64,000 nt of DNA from Oscillospiraceae bacterium (GTDB taxonomy: Bacteria > Bacillota > Clostridia > Oscillospirales > Acutalibacteraceae): contig SVPQ01000007.1 of the NCBI GenBank assembly GCA_015065845.1, forward strand, positions 3,805-67,804. Direction: 5' to 3'. This document shows positions 8,227-15,973 of this stretch, one piece after another; within the stretch, counting starts at the first letter, position 1, and every line of letters begins with the position of its first letter. Position numbers and translations under genes: made by a program. The notes beneath the pieces were generated by a model that made no database searches, was not told the origin of the DNA, and worked only from the letters and a program-made list of their open reading frames with translations.

Positions 8227-10446
8227 ATGAGTGATATTAAAGATTTTGTAATTGAAGATGGTGTGTTGAAAAAATATAAAGGTAAAGAAACAGAGATTGT
8301 CATTCCAGACAGTGTAACAAGTATAGGTAGTGGTGTGTTTAGTGAATGTATAAACCTCACTACAATCACAATACCAGACAGTGTAACAAGCATAGGTGCT
8401 TGGGCGTTTAAATATTGTACAAATCTCACTACAATCACAATCCCAGACAGTGTGACAAGTATAGGTGTGGATGCTTTTAAATATTGTGAAAATCTTACAA
8501 CAATTACCATCCTAGACAGTGTGACAAGTATAGGTGGTGGTGCATTTTATGGATGTAGCAGCCTCACCGCAATTACAATACCGGATAATGTGACAAGTAT
8601 AGGTAAAAATGCTTTTTTTAGCACATCTTACTATAAGAATAAATCAAATTGGGAAAATGGTGTCTTACACATAGGTAACCATTTAATAAAAGCAAAAAAG
8701 AATATTTCAGGTACATATACAATAAGAAATGGTACAAAAACTATTGCTGACAATGCTTTTGAAGCTTGCGAATCTCTCACAGGCATTACAATACCAGACA
8801 GTGTTACAAGCATAGGTGCTTGGGCGTTTGAAGAATGTACAAACCTTACCACAATCACAATACCAGAAAGTGTTACAAGTATAGGTGTGGATGCTTTTAA
8901 ATATTGTGAAAATCTTACAACAATTACCATCCCAGACAGTGTGACAAGTATAGGTGGAAATGCTTTTTTTAGCACATCTTACTATAATAATAAATCAAAT
9001 TGGGAAAAAGGTGTCTTACACATAGGTAACCATTTAATAAAAGCAAAAAAGAATATTCCAGGTACATATACAATAAGAAATGGTACAAAAACTATTGCTG
9101 ACAATGCGTTTGGAGAATGTACAAACCTCACCACAATCACAATACCAGACAGTGTTACAAGCATAGGTGCTTGGGCGTTCGGAGAATGTACAAACCTCAC
9201 TACAATCACCATCCCAGACAGTGTGACAAGTATAGGTGATTATGTGCTTGGTGGTTGTAATAAATTGAACGTTATTAATCTTCCACAAAATATAACATCA
9301 TTTAAAGGCTCTTTGCTTGAAAGAATATGGGATGCTTTATCAAAAACAGAATCGAAAGAAGTTGTTTTAAAATCATTTATCACTCAGTTGTCGATTGAAA
9401 TGCTCAAAGATGCGGATTTGAGTAGAAAAATAAAAACAAACAAAAAGTTGATAATTGATAATATAATAAAAAATGATGATGCAGAAGCATTAGCCAAACT
9501 TTTAAACTTGTATAAAACAATTAAGATAGATGAACTTAACGAATATATTGAAAATGCGAAAGATTCAGTAAGTGTTTTAGCATTCCTTTTAGATTATAAA
9601 AATAAAAATTATACAATCGAAAAACAAGAAAAACACGAAAATGATAAGCTTGATAAAGAACTTGGGCTTAAAGAGAGAACACTTGCCGAATGGAAGAAAA
9701 TTTATTCATTTGATGTAATTGATGTAAATGGTGCCAAAGCAACTATTACAGGATATAAAGGCGTAGATTTAAATGTAATTATTCCTTCAAATATTGATAA
9801 GTATAAAGTTATAGCAATTGCAGACTATGCTTTTAGTACAGAGGCAAAAGGTGTAAGAAAAGACATAAAAGAAATAAGAAGAAAAATAGAGTCTATTGTT
9901 ATACCGGAAAGTGTAGTACGTATAGGTAATTATGCGTTTTCTGGATGTGCAAACCTCACTACAATTACCATCCCAGACAGCGTGAGAAAAATAGGTGGAT
10001 ATTCGTTTTCTGGATGTAAAAACCTCACCGCAATCACAATACCTGACGGTGTGAGAAGTATAGGTGATAGGGCGTTTGAAGAATGTACAAACCTTACCAC
10101 AATCACAATACCGGACGGTGTTACAAGTATAGGTGAATATTCGTTTTCTGGATGTGAAAATCTCACCACAATCACAATCCCAGAAAGTGTTACAAGTATA
10201 GGTGAACATGCGTTTTATAGTTGTACAAACCTCACCGCAATCACAATACCCGAAGGAGTAACAAGTATAGGTGAAGAAGCATTCCGTTGGTGTGAAAAAC
10301 TCACTACAATCACAATACCAGATAGTATAACAAGTATAGGTTATAGGGCGTTTTCTTATTGTAAAAACCTCACTATCCACGCCCATACAGGAAGCTACGC
10401 AGAAAAATATGCAAAGAAAAATAAAATAAACTTTGTGGCAGAATAA
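8227..10446 (+). CDS. BspA-type LRR protein, paralog 5 (739 aa) with an internal 351-bp-offset duplication
   Basis: Conserved junction and caps. The FFSTSYYxNKSNWExGVLHIGNHLIKAKKNI.GTYTIRNGTKTIADNAF insert occurs twice. The shared 700-bp spacer module is present. Confidence 0.9.
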   Translation: MSDIKDFVIEDGVLKKYKGKETEIVIPDSVTSIGSGVFSECINLTTITIPDSVTSIGAWAFKYCTNLTTITIPDSVTSIGVDAFKYCENLTTITILDSVTSIGGGAFYGCSSLTAITIPDNVTSIGKNAFFSTSYYKNKSNWENGVLHIGNHLIKAKKNISGTYTIRNGTKTIADNAFEACESLTGITIPDSVTSIGAWAFEECTNLTTITIPESVTSIGVDAFKYCENLTTITIPDSVTSIGGNAFFSTSYYNNKSNWEKGVLHIGNHLIKAKKNIPGTYTIRNGTKTIADNAFGECTNLTTITIPDSVTSIGAWAFGECTNLTTITIPDSVTSIGDYVLGGCNKLNVINLPQNITSFKGSLLERIWDALSKTESKEVVLKSFITQLSIEMLKDADLSRKIKTNKKLIIDNIIKNDDAEALAKLLNLYKTIKIDELNEYIENAKDSVSVLAFLLDYKNKNYTIEKQEKHENDKLDKELGLKERTLAEWKKIYSFDVIDVNGAKATITGYKGVDLNVIIPSNIDKYKVIAIADYAFSTEAKGVRKDIKEIRRKIESIVIPESVVRIGNYAFSGCANLTTITIPDSVRKIGGYSFSGCKNLTAITIPDGVRSIGDRAFEECTNLTTITIPDGVTSIGEYSFSGCENLTTITIPESVTSIGEHAFYSCTNLTAITIPEGVTSIGEEAFRWCEKLTTITIPDSITSIGYRAFSYCKNLTIHAHTGSYAEKYAKKNKINFVAE
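8608..9107 (+). repeat. Internal direct duplication in paralog 5 (8608-8756 versus 8959-9107)
   Basis: The two roughly 150-bp segments are near-identical by eye, at an offset of 351 bp. Confidence 0.85.
9244..9948 (+). repeat. About 700-bp spacer module, copy 2 of 3
   Basis: Aligns with 2496-3190 and 14044-14739. Carries a 9-nt insertion (attgatgta). Confidence 0.85.
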
Positions 10447-10539
10447 AGAGGATTATTTTGTGATATTGAGTGGAAATTTGATTAGATTTTAATTGTTATT
10501 AAATGATAATGAAGTTTTTAGGATTGAGGTTTTAGTCGA

Positions 10540-11175
10540 ATGAACGAAAGAAAAATATGTCCTGTTATCGACAATATGGACAAGCGTTATACATATGCAC
10601 AGCATAAGGGCAGGTACAGTCAAGCGATGAAATATGAGTTTTATTTCGAAGCGTTGATGATTGATTATGCTCTTATGGAAGACAGATTGAAATCGTTTTT
10701 GTATCATGCAGGTGTATTAAATTCAAGAACATCCCATAAAATTGATTGCAGTAAACCTAATAAGGCTTTGTTAAAACAAATTTATTGTAAGTATCGAAAT
10801 AAAACTGATGTCAATTTACCGAAGATTCAGAATATAAGCGGTAAGATTGATATTATAAGAGCTGTCCTTGAATGGGTAAGTAATACAGAACAAAATCCTA
10901 ATGATAGCCGATATCTTAGAACTTTAAAAAATCAATGTGAGTCTGTTGATATTGGCGATATGTTGAATACTTTGAAAATGATTGAAGATTGGTGTAAGTA
11001 TCGCAATGAGGTTGTTCATGCATTGATGAATAAAAATATTGATTCCCTGAGGAGTGTACTTTGTGATAAGGCAATCGAAGGGATGGAACTTGCCAATCGA
11101 CTTGATACCTATGTTCGTGATATGAAAAAGGGTAATAAGGTTCGTAAATCTGCAAATATGTGTATTGAAAAATAA
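10540..11175 (+). CDS. Small HEPN-like protein (Rx4H motif)
   Basis: KYRNEVVHAL (R at 11002-11004, H at 11017-11019) lies in the C-terminal third of an all-helical-looking 211-aa protein. No other recognisable domain. Confidence 0.6.
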   Translation: MNERKICPVIDNMDKRYTYAQHKGRYSQAMKYEFYFEALMIDYALMEDRLKSFLYHAGVLNSRTSHKIDCSKPNKALLKQIYCKYRNKTDVNLPKIQNISGKIDIIRAVLEWVSNTEQNPNDSRYLRTLKNQCESVDIGDMLNTLKMIEDWCKYRNEVVHALMNKNIDSLRSVLCDKAIEGMELANRLDTYVRDMKKGNKVRKSANMCIEK

Positions 11176-11200
11176 AAGATAAGACTTAAGGTGATAAGAA

Positions 11201-12277
11201 TTGCGCTATATAATCAACGATAAAAAATATCATTTTAAATCAGCTTTTGATACTGAAACAGGTGCTTATGTCCGTACCGGTATTCTCGATGAAAATGGTA
11301 ATGATACAGGTGTTGATCCGTTTATGGCTTCATATCCTCATTTAATAGATGTTGGCATTATGGGACACTGTATTCACGGTAAAACCGGACTTTGTGCAAA
11401 AGCAGGTATCGGATGTTATCAAAGCGGTATGTTAGTAGAACAACCCAATATGTCGGTTGAAGACTTCAGGTGGATTGCAGAACAATCCAAAGGCAAATGC
11501 AATCAATTTGCTCTCGGTGGCAGAGGCGACCCCGACCAGCACGAGCATTTTGAAGAAATACTTAAAATCTGTCGAGAAAATGTGCTTGTGCCTAATTTCA
11601 CTACATCAGGTTACGGTATGACCCCCGAAATAGCAAAGCTTTGCAAACAGTATTGTGGTGCTGTTGCAGTAAGCTGGTATAGAAGCGAATATACGTTAAG
11701 AGCAATTCAAATGTTGCTTGATGCAGGGGTAAAAACCAATATACATTATGTGCTTGGCAAAAACAGTATTGATGAAGCGATTGAAAGACTGCAAAATAAT
11801 GATTTTCCAAAAGGAATCAACGCAGTAATCTTTTTGCTACACAAGCCGGCTGGTCAAGGCACCAAAGCAAATATGCTTGAAGCGAACGACCCAAGAGTTG
11901 CAAAATTTTTTGCCGAGGTGGATAAACAGCATCCATTTAAAGTTGGTATGGATAGCTGTAACGTGCCTGGCGCTATCAATTTCTGCAAATCTATCTTACC
12001 AGAATCTCTTGATACTTGTGAAGGTGGCAGATATAGTTGTTATATCGGTGCCGATATGATTATGGTGCCTTGCAGTTTTGACCAAGAAAAGCGATATGAA
12101 GTTTCTCTTCGTGATATGTCTATCACCGAAGCGTGGAATAGCGAACCTTTTGAGCGTTTTCGTAACAAAATGCGTGGTGCTTGTCCGAATTGCGAAAAGA
12201 AAGAACTTTGCATGGGCGGTTGCCCACTAATGCCTGAAATCGTTTTCTGTGAAAGCATAAAAAGAAAAATAATATAA
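11201..12277 (+). CDS. SPASM-domain radical-SAM-like enzyme with a non-canonical N-terminal Cys triad
   Basis: TTG start with AAGGTGA RBS. C-terminal CPNCEKKELCMGGC is CX2CX5CX3C (12182-12223), preceded by CEGGRYSCYIGADMIMVPC, which fits the SPASM pattern. LGGRGDP is GGEP-like. The N-terminal cluster site reads HCIHGKTGLCAKAGIGC (CX7CX6C) instead of CX3CX2C. Confidence 0.7.
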   Translation: MRYIINDKKYHFKSAFDTETGAYVRTGILDENGNDTGVDPFMASYPHLIDVGIMGHCIHGKTGLCAKAGIGCYQSGMLVEQPNMSVEDFRWIAEQSKGKCNQFALGGRGDPDQHEHFEEILKICRENVLVPNFTTSGYGMTPEIAKLCKQYCGAVAVSWYRSEYTLRAIQMLLDAGVKTNIHYVLGKNSIDEAIERLQNNDFPKGINAVIFLLHKPAGQGTKANMLEANDPRVAKFFAEVDKQHPFKVGMDSCNVPGAINFCKSILPESLDTCEGGRYSCYIGADMIMVPCSFDQEKRYEVSLRDMSITEAWNSEPFERFRNKMRGACPNCEKKELCMGGCPLMPEIVFCESIKRKII

Positions 12278-12295
12278 ACCAAGGGAGTAAATAAC

Positions 12296-13447
12296 ATGAA
12301 AATTAGAACTGATTTTGTGACCAATTCAAGTAGCTCAAGTTTTACGCTTATGATTAAATTTGATTTGGTTAATGGTAAAAGTGTTGAGTTTTATGCTCAA
12401 GGAGGCTCAGGTGAAACCGGTAGAATTGACTATTTTGATGCTGAAGCTATAGTTAATGTAAGCCCTAAACAATTGGGTAACGCTAAAAATGTTGATGAAC
12501 TTATTCAATTGCTCGAAGAAGGTGTTGTTGACGGAGAGGATGAAACAAAAATTTTTGATGAATCTCGCCCCGTAGAAAGTGAGGTGGGTGCAGGTGTATT
12601 TGATGCCTACGATTTTGTTATTGAAATTCGTGAGAAGATTAAATCAATGGAAGATATAGAATCTATAACAATTACAGGTAATGAAGAAAATTATGAGAGT
12701 TATAAACGTAGTTACACATATAACCTAAAAACAAAAGAATATACAGGTACTGAAGACGGATATTTACTACTTGAGGTTGATGGTTCTAACGGTGGTGATT
12801 TATGCTTCGATGATTTGCAGTCATGTGTTGTGCAAGCTGATTTATCCGTGGAAGATGATGAGTATTGGGAAAAGGATTTTTCGGACCTCACCACAATCAG
12901 AATCCCAGACAGTGTGACAAGTATAGGTGATTGGGAGTTTGATGGATGTGAAAACCTCACCACAATCACAATCCCCGACAGTGTAACAAGTATAGGTGAG
13001 GGTGCATTTTATGGATGTATCAGCCTCACCGCAATCACAATACCAGACAGTGTAACGAGTATTGGTGCTGAGGCTTTTGCATATTGCGAAAACCTTACAA
13101 CAATAAATATCCCCGACAGTGTAACAAGTATAGGTGAAAGTGCGTTTTCTTTTTGTGTAAACCTCACCACAATCACAATCCCGGACAGTGTGACAAGTAT
13201 AGGGGAAAGCGCGTTCGAATATTGCTCAAGCCTTACATCAATCAATATTCCTGAGAGTGTAACAAGTATAGGTGAAAGTGCGTTTAAATATTGTACAAAA
13301 CTCACCACAATCACAATCCCCGACAGTGTAACAAGCATAGGTGCTTGGGCGTTTGATGGATGTAAAAACCTCACCATCCACGCACCTAAGGGTAGTTATG
13401 CTGAACAGTATGCAAAAGAAAATAAAATAAAATTCATAGCAGAATAA
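12296..13447 (+). CDS. Chimeric protein: unique about 195-aa N-terminal domain (MKIRTDFVTNSSSSSF...) fused to seven BspA-type LRRs and the family C-cap
   Basis: GGGAG RBS. The N-terminal domain resembles nothing else in the window. From [15 protein letters not shown] onward it is a typical paralog, ending HAPKGSYAEQYAKENKIKFIAE. Confidence 0.85.
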   Translation: MKIRTDFVTNSSSSSFTLMIKFDLVNGKSVEFYAQGGSGETGRIDYFDAEAIVNVSPKQLGNAKNVDELIQLLEEGVVDGEDETKIFDESRPVESEVGAGVFDAYDFVIEIREKIKSMEDIESITITGNEENYESYKRSYTYNLKTKEYTGTEDGYLLLEVDGSNGGDLCFDDLQSCVVQADLSVEDDEYWEKDFSDLTTIRIPDSVTSIGDWEFDGCENLTTITIPDSVTSIGEGAFYGCISLTAITIPDSVTSIGAEAFAYCENLTTINIPDSVTSIGESAFSFCVNLTTITIPDSVTSIGESAFEYCSSLTSINIPESVTSIGESAFKYCTKLTTITIPDSVTSIGAWAFDGCKNLTIHAPKGSYAEQYAKENKIKFIAE

Positions 13448-13458
13448 GGAGTGTTATT

Positions 13459-15177
13459 ATGAGTGATATCAGAGATTTTGTAATTGAAAATGGAGTGTTG
13501 AAAAAATATACAGGTAATGAAAAAGAGGTTGTCATTCCAGAGGGCGTAACAAGCATAGGTGAAAATGCGTTCTGGTGGTGTAAAAACCTCACTACAATCA
13601 CAATACCTGACAGTGTAACAAGCATAGGTGCTTGGGCGTTTAAATATTGTACAAATCTCACTACAATCACAATACCAGACAGTGTTACAAGTATAGGTTA
13701 TGGTGCGTTTTCTGAATGTGAAAACCTCACCGCAATTACAACAATCCCGGACAGTGTGACAAGTATAGGTGGAAATGCGTTCTGGGGTTGTAAAGGGCTT
13801 GCAGATAAAAAAGGTTTTGTAATTATAAACGGAACTTTATATTATTACTGCGGTTTCGAAAAAAATGTGGTTATACCTGAGGGTGTAACAAGTATAGGTG
13901 ATAGTGCATTTGAAAATTGTTCATCTCTTACCACAATTACAATACCAGATAGTGTGACAAGTATAGGCGACAGTGCGTTTTCTTATTGTAAAAACCTCAC
14001 TACAATCACAATCCCTGACAGTGTGAAAAGTATGGGTAAAGATGTGCTTGGTGGTTGTAATAAATTGAATGTTATTAATCTTCCACAAAATATAACATCG
14101 TTTAAAGGTTCTTCTCTTGAAATAATATGGGATGCTTTATCAAAAACAGAATCGAAAGAAGTTGTTTTAAAATCATTTATCACTCAGTTACCGATTGATG
14201 TACTTAATGATGCAGATTTAAGCAAAAAAATAAAAGCAAATAAAAAACTAATTATTGATTGTATAATGAAAAATGACGAAGCAGAAGCTTTAGAAAAATT
14301 TTTCAGCTTATATAAAACAATTAAGTTTGATGAGATTAATGAATACATAGAAAAAGCAAAAGATTCTGTAAATGTTTCAGCGTTTCTTTTGGATTATAAA
14401 AATAAGAATTACACAGTTGAAAAACAAGAAAAGCACGAAAATGATAAGCTTGATAAAGAACTTGGGCTTAAAGAGAGAACACTTGCCGAATGGAAGAAAA
14501 TTTATTTATTTGATGTAAATGGTGACGAAGCAACTATTACAGGATACAAAGGATTAGATTTAAATGTAATTATTCCTTCAAGTATTGCGAAGTATAAAGT
14601 TGTAGCAATTGCTGACAACGCTTTTATTCCTGAAGCGACTGGTTTAAGAAAAGACATAAAAGAAATAAGAAGAAAAATAGAGTCTATTGTTATACCGGAA
14701 AGTGTAGTACGTATAGGTAATTATGCGTTTTCTGGATGTAAAAACCTCACTACAATCACAATCCCAGACAGCGTGACAAGTATAGGTAAAATGGCGTTTT
14801 ATGGTTGTAGTGGCCTCACCGCAATTGCAATCCCAGACAGCGTGACAAGTATAGGTAAAATGGCGTTTTATGGTTGTAGTGGCCTCACCGCAATTGCAAT
14901 CCCTGACAGTGTAACAAGTATAGGTGAGAGTGCATTTGAGGGTTGTCAAAACCTCACCGCAATCACAATACCAGACAGTGTGACAAGTATAGGTGAAAGT
15001 GCGTTTTCTTGGTGTAAAAACCTTACTACAATCACAATTCCTGACAGTGTTACGAGTATTGGTAAGGATGCTTTTTACAATTGCGAAAAACTAACTATCC
15101 ACGCCTATGCAGGAAGCTACGCAGAAAAATATGCAAAAGAAAATAAAATTCATAGCAGAATAAAGGAGTATTGTTAA
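13459..15177 (+). CDS. BspA-type LRR protein, paralog 7, with a frameshifted C-terminal cap
   Basis: Conserved junction and N-cap. Shares a 150-bp identical block with paralog 2 (13751-13900 = 2000-2148). The tail reads YAKENKIHSRIKEYC* instead of YAKENKIKFIAE*. Confidence 0.85.
   Translation: MSDIRDFVIENGVLKKYTGNEKEVVIPEGVTSIGENAFWWCKNLTTITIPDSVTSIGAWAFKYCTNLTTITIPDSVTSIGYGAFSECENLTAITTIPDSVTSIGGNAFWGCKGLADKKGFVIINGTLYYYCGFEKNVVIPEGVTSIGDSAFENCSSLTTITIPDSVTSIGDSAFSYCKNLTTITIPDSVKSMGKDVLGGCNKLNVINLPQNITSFKGSSLEIIWDALSKTESKEVVLKSFITQLPIDVLNDADLSKKIKANKKLIIDCIMKNDEAEALEKFFSLYKTIKFDEINEYIEKAKDSVNVSAFLLDYKNKNYTVEKQEKHENDKLDKELGLKERTLAEWKKIYLFDVNGDEATITGYKGLDLNVIIPSSIAKYKVVAIADNAFIPEATGLRKDIKEIRRKIESIVIPESVVRIGNYAFSGCKNLTTITIPDSVTSIGKMAFYGCSGLTAIAIPDSVTSIGKMAFYGCSGLTAIAIPDSVTSIGESAFEGCQNLTAITIPDSVTSIGESAFSWCKNLTTITIPDSVTSIGKDAFYNCEKLTIHAYAGSYAEKYAKENKIHSRIKEYC
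14044..14739 (+). repeat. About 700-bp spacer module, copy 3 of 3
   Basis: Aligns with 2496-3190 and 9244-9948. Confidence 0.85.
14761..14898 (+). repeat. Exact 69-bp tandem duplication (2 units) inside paralog 7
   Basis: 14761-14829 and 14830-14898 are identical (atcccagacagcgtgacaagtataggtaaaatggcgttttatggttgtagtggcctcaccgcaattgca). Confidence 0.95.
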
Positions 15178-15448
15178 CGAATAATATCGGGCGGATAATT
15201 TAGCTGGTTGAGCCTTGACAATTTGACATAATTGATAGTGGTGGTATAGCGCTATTCGTAATGTGCATATTGAAAAAAATAAAAACTGCTGAAATCTTTG
15301 CCGTCAGGCAATTTCATTACAAAATGTTTCATTATGCAACATTTCATTATCGAAAGGTATCTTTATTTTTGCGTGAAGTTCAAAGGGTTTGAAATGAAGT
15401 TTGCTCCAGAAGTCGCAAAATGAAGTTGTGTTCTTGCGAACATAAAAC

Positions 15449-15481
15449 AAAAATCTCAAGTCTTGTGACTTGAGATTTTTT
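15449..15481 (-). terminator. Intrinsic terminator hairpin after the HIRAN gene (bidirectional-looking)
   Basis: aaaatctcaagtc-ttgt-gacttgagatttt, flanked by an A-run and a T-run. Confidence 0.7.
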
Positions 15482-15482
15482 A

Positions 15483-15971
15483 TTATCTTTTAAGTTCAAT
15501 AACAGTTTCTACAAAAAGCACCGCTTTTTTTGCGTGTCGGCTTCGCATTGAGATAGGCTCAACGAAGCTTACTGAAGCACTTTTAAACAATAAATGACCA
15601 TTATCATAAAGTGGGGCAATTGCGTTGCATAAATCTGCCGGTAAAGTACCTAAATTCTTATTCGATTCAGTAAATAACGAAAAATTATTTCGGTTGAAAG
15701 AATTTTCACCATCTCTTACAATATTGATTTTATCGTGGAGTTTTATAGATTCTATCTGCTCTGTTCTGCCCTCATAACGTGTGCCCATAGCTTCAAATTT
15801 TATTGTCATAGTGTCTGTGGCTTCATCATAACTTCCATAATACTGCTCAGGGTATTCCATAAAACCCGGTTCATAATAATCAGGACCTACAGTAAGGGAA
15901 TTCTCATATTTGTGATGAATTTTTTTTACTTCTTCAAGCAGATTGTTTATTAAAATATCATAATTATTCAT
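15483..15971 (-). CDS. HIRAN-domain protein
   Basis: GTRYEGRTEQIESIKLHDKINIVRDGENSFNRNNFSLF...LGTLPADLCNAIAPLYDNG fits the HIRAN pattern (Y-G..., NxxDxNA-like, lG.lp...a..lapl). The stop of the upstream gene lies 2 nt before its ATG. Confidence 0.65.
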   Translation of the reverse strand: MNNYDILINNLLEEVKKIHHKYENSLTVGPDYYEPGFMEYPEQYYGSYDEATDTMTIKFEAMGTRYEGRTEQIESIKLHDKINIVRDGENSFNRNNFSLFTESNKNLGTLPADLCNAIAPLYDNGHLLFKSASVSFVEPISMRSRHAKKAVLFVETVIELKR

Positions 15972-15973
15972 AA

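Noticed and set aside
10489-10707. Minus-strand ORF overlapping the start of the HEPN-like gene
   Set aside because: It has no RBS and hydrophobic junk composition. The plus-strand gene has the Rx4H motif and sits in operon context.
197-14949. Many long antisense ORFs inside the LRR genes (e.g. 515-850, 2178-2635, 8154-9288, 9787-10386, 13009-13670, 14644-14949) encoding [13 protein letters not shown]-type repeats
   Set aside because: They are mirror images of the 69-bp coding repeat, which happens to lack stop codons on the opposite strand. They have no RBS, overlap the strongly supported plus-strand genes in full, and have an implausible composition.
264-15177. CRISPR-like regular periodicity (repeats every 69 bp)
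   Set aside because: The period is an in-frame 23-codon protein repeat. There are no unique spacers between conserved units, the repeats are imperfect at wobble and variable positions, and no cas genes or leader are present.
264-15177. Diversity-generating retroelement as the source of LRR variation
   Set aside because: No reverse transcriptase, template repeat or Avd-like gene is present in the window. The variation pattern is block-wise (cassette or gene-conversion type) rather than adenine-specific.
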